This document shows, piece by piece, positions 38,287 to 48,617 of a stretch of DNA of 64,000 nt. The translations under genes were made by a program, and so were the position numbers. The notes beneath the pieces were generated by a model. The model was given only the letters and a program-made list of their open reading frames with translations, had not been told where the DNA came from and made no database searches. Source of the stretch: Chloroflexota bacterium (GTDB lineage: Bacteria; Chloroflexota; Limnocylindria; Limnocylindrales; CSP1-4). The first letter of the stretch is position 1, and each line of letters opens with the position of its first letter. Where the stretch lies: the NCBI GenBank assembly GCA_025935925.1, contig JAICUI010000002.1, forward strand, positions 17,588-81,587, read 5' to 3'.

Positions 38287-38353
38287 GCACGGCCACGGCG
38301 CAGAGATGACGACCGCCCGATCCGTGCGGATCGGGCGGAACGTGTTCAGGGAT

Positions 38354-38430
38354 TGGTACCGCATACCGGATTCGAACCGGTGGTCTCCGCCTTGAGAGGG
38401 CGGTGTCCTAGGCCTCTAGACGAATGCGGC
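38354..38430 (-). tRNA. tRNA-Glu (anticodon CTC)
   Basis: Manual folding. D arm GTCT-AGAGGCCTA-GGAC, typical of tRNA-Glu. Anticodon arm CCGCC-CTCTCAA-GGCGG, and T arm ACCGG-TTCGAAT-CCGGT. The acceptor stem GCCGCAT/ATGCGGT has a G1-U72 wobble. The encoded 3' end is ACCA. Confidence 0.9.
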
Positions 38431-38511
38431 ACGAGGCGTCGGCCGAGGCGCGACGGTCCGGGAGGATAGCATCGAGCGCCGCTTCCCGCCACGGCCGGCG
38501 GCCACGGACGA

Positions 38512-39384
38512 TCAGAGCCGGTTCGTATCCAGGAACACGCGAAGCGTCTCGGCAACCTGCAGGTAGCTCTGCTCCCCGAGCACCAGCCCGTAGTGCGAGT
38601 GCGCGCCGAACGGTTCGTACGGCGCGTCGAGCCACTCGGCCAGCCGCTCGACGTCCGGCTCGGGGACGTAGGTGTCGAGGCCGCCGCCGATGACCAGGCG
38701 CGGGACGTCCGGCAGCGCCGAACGGTCGACGGGAACGCCGGCGAGGACCTGACGCCGCGCGCGGCCGGACTCGAATGCCTTCTGCCCCAGCAGGTGCTGG
38801 ATCCGGAGGACGTCGGCGAGGGTCAGGTCGCGGTGCTCGCGGATCAACTTCTCGGGCAGCGTCTCCCAGCCGAGCTCCGATCGGCCGTACGCGTCGGGCA
38901 CGTCCCGCACGACGTGTGGCCGTGCCGGCTCGCGGATCTCCTTCGGCGCCTCCGGCGCGATGAGCACGTACGCCGACACCGGCGCGCGCTCGATCGCCTT
39001 GAGCGCCAACAGCCCGCCCATGCCGTGCCCGACCGCGACGACGCTGGGCCCGAGGCGATCCATCGCGGCGATCACGTCCTCGGTGTAGCTTGCGACGTCG
39101 AGCGTGGCCGGGTCCGCGGTCTGCGACCAGAAGTGGTTCCGCAGGTTGAGGGCGTGCCCCTCCCAGCCGCGGCCCGCGAAGTGGTGCAGGTAACGCTCCC
39201 ACACCCACGAGCCCGCGAGCTCGCCGTGGACGAACAGCAGCGGCTTCCGTCGCGACCGACGCTCGGGCAGCCACGACTCGACGTACAGGCCGCGCTCGGG
39301 AAGCTCGATCTCGTCCTTGCGAACCGGTCGCCCCCCGGGCGCGGTGCGCCCCAGCAGCCGATCGGAGGAGGTCAGGTCGGTCAT
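38512..39384 (-). CDS. alpha/beta-hydrolase-fold protein (Gly at nucleophile position)
   Basis: Start at ATG 39384 (MTDLTSS). Fold pattern PLLFVHGELAGSWVW ... VVAVGHGMGGLLALKA ... PRLVIGGGLDTYVP ... GAHSHYG. The elbow reads GHGMG rather than GxSxG. Confidence 0.7.
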   Translation of the reverse strand: MTDLTSSDRLLGRTAPGGRPVRKDEIELPERGLYVESWLPERRSRRKPLLFVHGELAGSWVWERYLHHFAGRGWEGHALNLRNHFWSQTADPATLDVASYTEDVIAAMDRLGPSVVAVGHGMGGLLALKAIERAPVSAYVLIAPEAPKEIREPARPHVVRDVPDAYGRSELGWETLPEKLIREHRDLTLADVLRIQHLLGQKAFESGRARRQVLAGVPVDRSALPDVPRLVIGGGLDTYVPEPDVERLAEWLDAPYEPFGAHSHYGLVLGEQSYLQVAETLRVFLDTNRL

Positions 39385-39404
39385 CGTCGCGCCGCTCCGC
39401 TCCC

Positions 39405-40718
39405 CTACCACTCGAGGGGGTTCAGCACGAGCCCGGTGAGGGCCTTGGGATAGAAATAGGTCGACTTCTGGGGCATCACGTCCCCCGCGGCGGCGACCGC
39501 GAGGATCGAGGCGACCGGCGTCGGTTCGAGCAGGAAGGCCGCATCGGCGCCGTCGGCGCCGGCCTCGACCAGCGCGCGAGCCTCGGCCGCAGACTTCGTG
39601 TACCGGATGCGCTCGCCGCCCGCGACGGCCGCGGCGTCGATCCCCGCGAGGCGGTCGAGCGCCGCGCCCAGGCGGGTGACGTCGAGCTCGCGCACGGCCG
39701 TGCCGCCCGTCGGCGTCAGGTCCGCGAACGCCGCGCGTCGCGCATCGAGCATCCACGCGCGCTCGCGCGTGAGCAGGCCGAACCGGCCCTCGCCACCCGG
39801 CAGCTCGCCAGCGGCCTCGAACCGGGCGACGAGCGCGTCGTGCGTCGACGGGGTCACCGAGAACAGCTCGGGCAGCCGGTCCACGAGGGCCGCCGTGCCG
39901 GCTTCGCCGAGGCCCCGGATGACCCGATGCGTCGGCAGGACGGTCAGCGGCTCGTCGGCGGCCAGGAACAGCATCAGCAGGAAGTCGAACGCCGGGTCCT
40001 GCTCGGCGGATCCGCCGCGTCGCTCGTCGCGGTAGCGCACCGCGGTCTCGTAGCGGTGGTGGCCGTCGGCGATCCAGACCGGGCCGCCGCCCGCGACGCC
40101 GACGAGCGACGCCGCCGGTGAACCCGCCCCCTCGTCGGGGACGACCCACAGCCGGTGGCGGACGCCGTCGTCGTCCAGCACATCCGCGACCGGCGTGCCC
40201 GATACGACCGACGCGAGCGTCGCCCGCGCCTCGCCCTCCGGGTCGCGGAACAGTCCGACGACCGGCGACGTGTTGAGGCTCGTCGCGCGCAGCAGCCGGT
40301 AGCGGTCCTCCTTCGGGCCGGACAGCGTCCGCTCGTGGGGCAGGACCGGGCTCTCGGGACCGAAGGGCTCGATGCGGAGGCGGGCGAAGAATCCGCGCTG
40401 GACGCGCTCGTGGTCGGTACCCGGCACGCGATACGCCTGCTCGTACACGTAGACCGACGGCCGCGGGTCCTTGCGCAGCGTGCCGTCCGAGCGCCACGCG
40501 GTCAGCGTCCGTGCCGCGCGGCGGTATCGCTCGTCGGGATCCTCGCGCGGCTCGCCCTCGGGAAGGTCCAGCCGGACGGCGTTGCGCGGGTGCCGGGCGA
40601 GCAGCGCCCGCTGGAGGTCGGGGCCGATGACGTCGTACGGGGGGGCCACGACGGTGCCCAGGTCGCCCACCGCCTCGGGGTCGAACCGAAGGGCACGGAA
40701 CGGTCGGATCTCGGGCAC
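39405..40718 (-). CDS. DUF1015-family protein
   Basis: GTG 40718 is preceded by GAGGAG. The N-terminus VPEIRPFRALRFDP ... VVAPPYDVI ... VLPHERT matches the DUF1015 signature as I remember it. Confidence 0.8.
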   Translation of the reverse strand: MPEIRPFRALRFDPEAVGDLGTVVAPPYDVIGPDLQRALLARHPRNAVRLDLPEGEPREDPDERYRRAARTLTAWRSDGTLRKDPRPSVYVYEQAYRVPGTDHERVQRGFFARLRIEPFGPESPVLPHERTLSGPKEDRYRLLRATSLNTSPVVGLFRDPEGEARATLASVVSGTPVADVLDDDGVRHRLWVVPDEGAGSPAASLVGVAGGGPVWIADGHHRYETAVRYRDERRGGSAEQDPAFDFLLMLFLAADEPLTVLPTHRVIRGLGEAGTAALVDRLPELFSVTPSTHDALVARFEAAGELPGGEGRFGLLTRERAWMLDARRAAFADLTPTGGTAVRELDVTRLGAALDRLAGIDAAAVAGGERIRYTKSAAEARALVEAGADGADAAFLLEPTPVASILAVAAAGDVMPQKSTYFYPKALTGLVLNPLEW

Positions 40719-40933
40719 GGGCTCCTCTGGACGGTGACGGGCGGGACCGGCCGGGACGTCGGGCGCGAGGGCACGCGCGGACGGGCTCGGGGCGCAGCCA
40801 TCGTACGATAGCCGCGGTCGAACGGCCACCGGGCCGGATGGGGATCGGCTGGCAGGGGGCGTGCGTGCAACTTTTCCGGGGCGACGCGCGTCATCGCACC
40901 GTCCTGTCGCCGGATCCAGCTCGAGGAGCCCGA

Positions 40934-43396
40934 GTGCCCCTGCCCCAGACCCCGGGAGTCGTCCGGGTCGCCGTCACGCTCGTCCTCGCGGGCCTGCTCG
41001 CGACGGGCCTGCTCGCGACGGGCCTGCTCGCCCCGTCGGCGGCCCTCGCGGACGGCGGTCTCACGATGACGGCCCGCGCGCTGCTCCAGGGTCACGTGCG
41101 GCAGGGCGGCTGGTTCGCGATCGCCATCGACGTCCAGAACGCCGGGCCGACCGTCACGGGCGAGCTGCGGGTGGGCGGCGGCGCCGATTCCAAGACCCGC
41201 TTCGGGACGCCGGTGGAGCTTGCGACGGGGTCGCGCAAGACGTATCTGCTCTACGCGCAGCCGCCGACGTTCGGCGGGACCCTCAAGGTCCAGCTGGTCG
41301 ACGGCGAGCGGGTCGTCGCGGAGGCGCAGGTCGCGATCGCGCTCCACGACCAGGCGCAGCTGGTGGTCGGCGTCGTGTCCGAGAACCCGGCGAAGGTCGT
41401 GAGCGAGCTGAAGCTGTTGCCGAGCGTGACGGGCGCGCCGGCCGCGATCGCGACGCTCACGACCGACGACCTCCCCGACCGCCTCCAGGCGTGGGCGCCG
41501 CTCGACCGGCTCGTGTGGCAGGACGTCGACGCGTCAGCGCTCCGCCCGGAGCAGGTCGCCGCGCTGCGCGGCTGGATCGCCGGCGGCGGCCGGCTCGTGA
41601 TCGTGGGCGGCACCGCCGGCGCCGACACCCTGTCCGCCTTCCCCGACGACCTCCTGCCCTACCGGCCGACGGCCGTCCTCGACACCGACCCGTCGGCGCT
41701 CCGGCCGATCCTCGGCGGCGTCCCCCACGGCGCGACGACGTTGACCGCGTACGCCGGCGACGCTGGCGAGGGACACGCGCTCGCGATGTCGGGCGACCGC
41801 GTCATCGCCGCGGATCGCAAGGTCGGCAACGGGTCCGTGACGCTGCTCGGGTTCGACCCCACCACGAAGTGGATCGCCGACGGCGACGACTGGGACACGC
41901 CGCTCTGGCGGCGGCTGCTGCCGGCACGCTCGGGCGGGACGGTGTCGCTCGCGGACGACCAGACGATCGTGTCCGCGGTCACGAACCTGCCGAGCCTCGC
42001 CCTGCCGCCGATCAGCGGCGTCCTCGTGCTGCTCTTCGGCTACATCCTGCTCGTCGGGCCGGTCAACTACCTCGTCCTGCGCCGCCTCGACAAGCGCGAA
42101 TGGGCCTGGTTCACGGTTCCCGCGCTGATCGTCGTGTTCACGGCCGGGTCGTTCGGCATCGGCGGGCTGCTGCGCGGCTCCGAGGTCATCGTCCACGAGG
42201 TGGGCGTCGTGCGCGGGGCGCCGGGCACCGACGCCGCGATCGTGTCGTCGTACCTCGGCGTCTTCAGCCCGAACCGGGACACGTACCAGGCGCGCGTGAC
42301 GGGCGACGCGCTGCTGTCGTCGCCGATGAACGGCGAGTTCTTCGGGAACGGCACGGGCGCGACACTGGACGTCCTCCAGGGCGATCCGTCGCGCGTGCGC
42401 GACCTCGCCGTGGGTGTCGGCTCGATCCGCACGATCCGCGCCGACGCGAGCACGACGGGGCCCGACATCACCGGCGATCTCAGGCTCGACAACGGGCACG
42501 TGAAGGGCACGCTCACGAACCACTCCGATCGGACCCTCGAGGCGGCCGCCCTCGTGCTCGGCCAGTCCGCGGTGCGGCTCAAGGACATCGCCGCCGGCGC
42601 CTCGGTCGACGTCGACCTCCCGGTCACGAGCAACGCGTTCAACGGCATCTCGCTCTCGGAGCGGATCTTCGGGCCGCAGAGCTGGGACGGCGGCCCGCTC
42701 GACGACGCGGCGCAGCGCGCGATGGTGCGGCGGAGCGTCATCGACCAGCTCACGGTCGACCCGACGACCGGCATCCCGAACGTCATGACCGCCGATGCCG
42801 CGACGCTCATGGCGTGGGGCAGCGACCCCGTCGTCCCGCTCGAGATCGACGGCCAGCGCGTGCGGCGCGTCGCGAACGTGTTGTACGAGGTGCCGCTGCC
42901 GTACACCGTGCACGGCGCGACCGTCTTCGCAGGTGACCTGCTCCGCTCGTCGATCCTCGAGGCGGGCGCGAACTTCTTCTCCAAGGATCCGTGGTCGCTG
43001 AACCTCGGCGCCGGCGACATGCGCATGTCGTATCGCCCGATCCCCTTCGACGGGACGTTCACGCCGACCCGGATCGTCCTGGGGCTGACGTTCGGCGGTG
43101 ACGTGAGCCTCCCGGGCGGCAAGACCCGGACCCTCGAGGAGACCACCCGCTGCGAGCCGGGCACCGACGGCTGCGTCGTCCCGCAGGACGGCCTGCCAGA
43201 CCTCGAGGTGCTCGACGTGCAGAGGGGCGCCTGGATCCAGTTCAAGCATCCGGTCCAGGGCGCGGCGTACGAGCTCCCCGACCCCGCCCGGTGGCTCGAC
43301 CCCGCCACGGGCGAGCTCCAGGTCAAGTTCGTGAACGAACGCCAGGACCAGGTGAGCTTCCAGTTCCCCGTGCGGCTCGAGGGGACGGTCCAGTGA
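40934..43396 (+). CDS. large secreted/membrane-anchored envelope protein, unknown function (first gene of ABC-MoxR-vWA locus)
   Basis: GTG 40934 is preceded by GAGGAG. Signal peptide VRVAVTLVLAGLLATGLLATGLLAPSAALA. A central TM pair lies around LPPISGVLVLLFGYILLVGPVNYLVL and FTVPALIVVFTAGSFGIGGLL. The flanking soluble domains are large and carry no motif I recognise. Confidence 0.7.
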   Translation: MPLPQTPGVVRVAVTLVLAGLLATGLLATGLLAPSAALADGGLTMTARALLQGHVRQGGWFAIAIDVQNAGPTVTGELRVGGGADSKTRFGTPVELATGSRKTYLLYAQPPTFGGTLKVQLVDGERVVAEAQVAIALHDQAQLVVGVVSENPAKVVSELKLLPSVTGAPAAIATLTTDDLPDRLQAWAPLDRLVWQDVDASALRPEQVAALRGWIAGGGRLVIVGGTAGADTLSAFPDDLLPYRPTAVLDTDPSALRPILGGVPHGATTLTAYAGDAGEGHALAMSGDRVIAADRKVGNGSVTLLGFDPTTKWIADGDDWDTPLWRRLLPARSGGTVSLADDQTIVSAVTNLPSLALPPISGVLVLLFGYILLVGPVNYLVLRRLDKREWAWFTVPALIVVFTAGSFGIGGLLRGSEVIVHEVGVVRGAPGTDAAIVSSYLGVFSPNRDTYQARVTGDALLSSPMNGEFFGNGTGATLDVLQGDPSRVRDLAVGVGSIRTIRADASTTGPDITGDLRLDNGHVKGTLTNHSDRTLEAAALVLGQSAVRLKDIAAGASVDVDLPVTSNAFNGISLSERIFGPQSWDGGPLDDAAQRAMVRRSVIDQLTVDPTTGIPNVMTADAATLMAWGSDPVVPLEIDGQRVRRVANVLYEVPLPYTVHGATVFAGDLLRSSILEAGANFFSKDPWSLNLGAGDMRMSYRPIPFDGTFTPTRIVLGLTFGGDVSLPGGKTRTLEETTRCEPGTDGCVVPQDGLPDLEVLDVQRGAWIQFKHPVQGAAYELPDPARWLDPATGELQVKFVNERQDQVSFQFPVRLEGTVQ

Positions 43397-44382
43397 CCAG
43401 CATCGTCAGGGCGACGGGGCTCGTGAAGCGCTACGACCGCACCCTCGCCGTCGCCGGGCTCGACCTCGACGTGGCCGAGGGCGAGATCTTCGGGCTCGTC
43501 GGACCCAACGGCGCCGGCAAGACGACCACGCTCCGAATCCTGTCGACGCTCCTCGTCCCCGACCGTGGCGATGCCGAGATCGCGGGCGCGTCCGTCCGCC
43601 GGAACCCCAACGACGTCCGCCGCGTCCTCGGGTTCATGCCGGACAGCTTCGGGGTCTACGACGACATGAAGGTCTGGGAGTACCTGGACTTCTTCGCCCG
43701 TTGCTATGGGATCCCGGCGGACCGCCGGCGGCGCATGATCGGCGATCTGCTCGAGCTCGTCGATCTCGGACCGAAGCGCGACGTCTACGTGCAGGGCCTG
43801 TCCCGCGGCATGCAGCAGCGCCTGTGCCTGGCGCACACGCTCGTCCACGACCCGCTCGTGCTGCTCCTCGACGAGCCGGCGTCCGGGCTCGACCCGCGAG
43901 CGCGCGTCGAGCTGCGCGAGCTCCTCCGCGAGCTCCGGTCGCTGGGCAAGACGATCCTCGTCTCGTCGCACATCCTCCCCGAGCTCGAGGAGCTGTGCAC
44001 GTCCGTGGCGATCATCGACCGCGGGCAGGTGCTCGCCCAGGGGCGCGTCGCGGAGATCGAGAAGCGGCTGCGGGTCGGCGCCGTCCTCCGGACGCGCATC
44101 CTCGGGGAGCGCGAGGACGTCGAGGCGGCACGGGACTGGTTCGTCGGGCAGCCGGACGTCGTCACGTCCGAGATCCTCCCGGATGGCCTCATCGAGATCG
44201 GGTTCCACGGCGACGACGACGGGTCCGCGCTGCTGCTCGCGCACGCGGTCGGCGCGGGCCTCCGGGTCGCATCGTTCGCCCGCGTGGCGAGCGACCTCGA
44301 GGAGCTGTTCCTCCAGGTCACCTCGGCGGAGCCGCCGCCGTCGCCGGCACCGCCCGCGCCGGGTGGCTGGGTGCCGGCATGA
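43393..44382 (+). CDS. ABC transporter ATP-binding protein
   Basis: Walker A GPNGAGKTT, signature LSRGMQQRL, Walker B LLLDEPASGLD. The GTG start overlaps the upstream stop (GTGA). Confidence 0.9.
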   Translation: MTSIVRATGLVKRYDRTLAVAGLDLDVAEGEIFGLVGPNGAGKTTTLRILSTLLVPDRGDAEIAGASVRRNPNDVRRVLGFMPDSFGVYDDMKVWEYLDFFARCYGIPADRRRRMIGDLLELVDLGPKRDVYVQGLSRGMQQRLCLAHTLVHDPLVLLLDEPASGLDPRARVELRELLRELRSLGKTILVSSHILPELEELCTSVAIIDRGQVLAQGRVAEIEKRLRVGAVLRTRILGEREDVEAARDWFVGQPDVVTSEILPDGLIEIGFHGDDDGSALLLAHAVGAGLRVASFARVASDLEELFLQVTSAEPPPSPAPPAPGGWVPA

Positions 44383-45557
44383 CGGCGACGATGGGCACGC
44401 GCCGCAGGTTCGGCGCCGTCCGCGACGTCGGCACCGGCATGGCGGCCGTCGGCGTGAAGGAGCTGCGCGGCCGGATGCGCGGCAAGCGCGCGTTCGTGAT
44501 CCTGACGATCCACCTGCTGCTGGTCGCCGGGTTTGCGTGGATGATCGAGTCCATCGCCGAGCGCACGGCCGCCACCGGGTTCGGTTCGTCGTTCTCCGCG
44601 TCGGCGGAGATCGGGCGCGCGCTATTCCTCGCGATCACGTTCCTGCTGACGCTGATCACCCTGATCCTCGCGCCGGCGTCCACGGCGGGCGCGATCAGCC
44701 TCGAGCGCGAGAAGCAGACGCTCGACCTGCTGGCGACCACGCCGATCTCGTCGCTCGCGATCGTGCTCGGCAAGCTCGTCTCGGCACTGTCGTGGATCCT
44801 GCTGCTCCTGCTCGCCTCCATCCCGGTCGTGTCCCTCGTGTTCACGTTCGGCGGCATCGCGCCCGAGGACGTCCTGCGCGCGTACGTGATCCTGTTCGCG
44901 ACGGCGTTCACGTTCGGAGCGATCGGGCTGTTCGTGTCGGCGCTGGTGAAGCGCACCCAGGCGGCGACCGTGATCAACCTCGTGGCGGTCATCTTCCTGA
45001 CGGCCGGGACGGCGTTCATCTTCGTGTTCTGGACGGCGATGACCGGGAACAGCGGCTTCCTGCCGGACCAGCCGACCCGTGAGGACAACCCGGTCGCGAC
45101 GCTGACCCGTCACCCGCCCGAAGCGCTGATGTGGTTCAACCCGTTCCTCGCCCAGGTCGACGTGATGTGCGGCACCGAGACGGGCTTCGGGGCGTCGTGC
45201 CAGGTGGTCGCCGGCGTCACCAACCGAGAGGTCGACGCGTTCGATGCCAGCGGCCAGGCCTTCGGGCCGCCGCGCGACAGCTACTGGCCACGAAGCCTCC
45301 TCGCGATGATCGTGACCGCTGCCATCCTGATCGTGCTGTCGGTCCAGCTCGTGTCGCCGACCCGCCGCTGGCGCCTGCGTCGACCCCGGCGCGCCGCGGT
45401 GCCGGAACCCGCCGCCGGGCCGGCGTGGGCCGACGCTGCGGCAGCGGTCGCGACCGAACCGGTGCACGGCGCGCACGTCGAGCATCCGGCGTCGACCGAG
45501 ACCGCCTCGTCGGTCGACCCGGCTTCCCCGCCGCCACCGGCCGGAGGGCCGTCCTGA
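44379..45557 (+). CDS. ABC-2-type transporter permease
   Basis: ATG overlaps the ATPase stop (ATGA). It has six hydrophobic helices with a large loop before the last one. The C-terminal tail is Pro/Ala-rich. Confidence 0.75.
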   Translation: MTATMGTRRRFGAVRDVGTGMAAVGVKELRGRMRGKRAFVILTIHLLLVAGFAWMIESIAERTAATGFGSSFSASAEIGRALFLAITFLLTLITLILAPASTAGAISLEREKQTLDLLATTPISSLAIVLGKLVSALSWILLLLLASIPVVSLVFTFGGIAPEDVLRAYVILFATAFTFGAIGLFVSALVKRTQAATVINLVAVIFLTAGTAFIFVFWTAMTGNSGFLPDQPTREDNPVATLTRHPPEALMWFNPFLAQVDVMCGTETGFGASCQVVAGVTNREVDAFDASGQAFGPPRDSYWPRSLLAMIVTAAILIVLSVQLVSPTRRWRLRRPRRAAVPEPAAGPAWADAAAAVATEPVHGAHVEHPASTETASSVDPASPPPPAGGPS

Positions 45558-47542
45558 TGCCGCGAGCCCGCGTCACGCGCCCCCATCGGCCGGTATCGTC
45601 CGCCCGGACGAACGCGACCTTCGTTCCGCCTGATCCCGCGTCGCTCGGCGTCCCGCTCGATCCCGCGCTCGTCGAGCTTCGCGCGGGCCTCGCCGGCCAT
45701 CGGCGGCGGCTCTGGTTGCGGCGCTCCGTGCGCCGGGCGTGGTCGGTGCTCGCCGCGGTGCTCATCGCGGAGCTCGTGCTCGCCGTCGCGCAGCGCATCG
45801 TGCCGCTCGAGCAGGCGCCACTCGTCGCGGCGGCGCTGCCGGTCCTCGGGCTGCTGGCCCTGCTCGTGCTCGTCGTGCGGGCGCGTCCGACGCTCGGCGA
45901 GACCGCGCTGGCGGTCGACGCCGAGGGTGGCGCCGGCGATGCGCTCGCCTCGGCGCTCGCGTTTGCGGTTGCACACCCCGATGCCGCCGGCCCCGCCGCG
46001 GACGTGGACGACGGAACGATCGTCGTGGACGCGGGGTTCGAGGTCGGAGCGGCCGAGGCGCGCTTCGTCCGCCGCCAGCGGCGCGACGCCGTCGGGCGCC
46101 TCCGGACCGTCGAGGCCAACCTGTTCCGGCCGCGGATCGCGCGGCGGCCGGCCGCGACGTCGCTGCTCGCCGCGGCACTCGTGGTGCCGGCCGTCCTGCT
46201 CCCCAACCCGATGGACCTGGTGATCCAGCAGAGCCGCGAGGTTCGGGCGGAGGCGCAGCACCAGGCGGAGCGGATCGAGCAGATCGCGAAGGAGCTCGAC
46301 GGCAAGGGCGCGAATGCCAACGACCCGCGCAAGCAGCTCTCCGACGAGCTGAAAGCGCTCGCGGAGCGCCTGCGTTCGAATGCGGGCAACCTCGACCGCA
46401 ACCTCTCCGAGCTCGGCTCGATCGAGGATGACGTCCGCGCACAGCTCGATCCGGCGAATGAGCAGCGGGCGGCGTCGCTCGCGGCCCTCGCTCGATCGCT
46501 CTCCCGCGCCGCGACCCGGGACCCGCAGGCGAACGCGGCAGGCGACCCGAAGCGGGCGCGTGACGACCTCCACGCGCTCGGCGACGAGGTCGACGCGATG
46601 ACCCAGCCGCAGCGGGACGATCTCGCCCGCCAGCTCGCCGGGCTCCAGGGCGCCGCGAGCCAGGCCGACGGCGCCGCGGGCCAGGCGCTCCGCGACGCCG
46701 TCGCGAGCCTCGCGCAGGGCGACAGCGCGGGCGCGAAAGCGGCGCTCGACCGGCTGGGTGAGGCGCTGGCCGCGGCCGGCGACAAGGTGCAGCTGAACCG
46801 CGACCTGGCACGGGCGGCGTCGGGCCTGCAGGACGCGCGGCGGGAGCTCGCGAATGCGGGGCAGCCGGGGAACGGCCAGCAGGGCCAGGCCGGCCAGCAG
46901 GGCAGCGGCCAGCCGGGCAACGGCCAGCAGGGCAGCCCGACTCCGGGCGGTCAGGGTCAGGGGTCACCGAACCCCAGCGGCCAGGGTCAAGGCCAAGGCC
47001 AGGGGTCGCCCGGTCCGAGCGGCCAGGGGCAAGGACAAGGGCAGGGCCAGGGGCAAGGGCAGGGCCAGGGCCAGGGCCAGGGTCAGGGCCAGGGGCAAGG
47101 GCAAGGCCAGGGGCAGGGTCAGGGCCAGGGGCAAGGGCAAGGCCAGGGGCAGGGCCAGGGTCAGGGCCAGGGCGCCATCGGCGGCGGCGGCTCGAGCGCC
47201 AACCACTTGGGCACCGGCATGTCGAACGGCCAGGCGGGCGGCCCGACGAACCCCAACCGCCCGTCGCAGCTAGGCGGCGATCTCGGCTCCGTCTTCGCGC
47301 CCTTCGACCGGCTCGGCCACCCGGGCGACCCGTCCTACGTCGCCGGGAGTGGTGGCGACGGGCAGACGCAACAGGGCAATCAGCAGGGCCAGGGCAGCAA
47401 CAACGGCTCGTACGTGCCGTACGACCAGGTGTACGGCGAGTTCTACGACTACGCGCTCACGACGCTCGACCGCTCGTACGTCCCGATCTCCGTGAAGGAC
47501 TACGTCCGCGACTACTTCACCTCGCTCGACCCGAACCACTGA
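45557..47542 (+). CDS. membrane-anchored coiled-coil protein with (GQ)n low-complexity tract
   Basis: The ATG shares one nt with the upstream stop (TGATG). Two N-terminal TM helices are followed by a long Ala/Glu/Arg/Leu-rich helical region and then a Gly/Gln/Pro-rich region that includes 25 consecutive GQ dipeptides. The C-terminal module is conserved-looking (YVPYDQVYGEFYDYALTTLDRSYVPISVKDYVRDYF). Confidence 0.7.
   Translation: MPRARVTRPHRPVSSARTNATFVPPDPASLGVPLDPALVELRAGLAGHRRRLWLRRSVRRAWSVLAAVLIAELVLAVAQRIVPLEQAPLVAAALPVLGLLALLVLVVRARPTLGETALAVDAEGGAGDALASALAFAVAHPDAAGPAADVDDGTIVVDAGFEVGAAEARFVRRQRRDAVGRLRTVEANLFRPRIARRPAATSLLAAALVVPAVLLPNPMDLVIQQSREVRAEAQHQAERIEQIAKELDGKGANANDPRKQLSDELKALAERLRSNAGNLDRNLSELGSIEDDVRAQLDPANEQRAASLAALARSLSRAATRDPQANAAGDPKRARDDLHALGDEVDAMTQPQRDDLARQLAGLQGAASQADGAAGQALRDAVASLAQGDSAGAKAALDRLGEALAAAGDKVQLNRDLARAASGLQDARRELANAGQPGNGQQGQAGQQGSGQPGNGQQGSPTPGGQGQGSPNPSGQGQGQGQGSPGPSGQGQGQGQGQGQGQGQGQGQGQGQGQGQGQGQGQGQGQGQGQGQGQGQGQGAIGGGGSSANHLGTGMSNGQAGGPTNPNRPSQLGGDLGSVFAPFDRLGHPGDPSYVAGSGGDGQTQQGNQQGQGSNNGSYVPYDQVYGEFYDYALTTLDRSYVPISVKDYVRDYFTSLDPNH
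47021..47170 (+). repeat. in-frame hexanucleotide repeat (GGN-CAR)x25 encoding (GQ)25
   Basis: 25 uninterrupted GGN CAR codon pairs with mixed synonymous codons (ggc/ggg/ggt/gga and cag/caa). Shorter GQ runs and GQ/GN/SP-rich sequence extend back to about 46855. Confidence 0.9.
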
Positions 47543-47573
47543 CGCGCGTCGCGCGCCGCACCCGGGAGGACCC

Positions 47574-48602
<1,029 letters not shown>

Positions 48603-48617
48603 CCGGCGCCCGAGACG

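Noticed and set aside
47021-47170. Highly regular short-period repeat that could be mistaken for a CRISPR-like or satellite array.
   Set aside because: The period is 6 nt and is in frame with the surrounding gene. It encodes (GQ)25 and has no spacers. It is a coding low-complexity tract.
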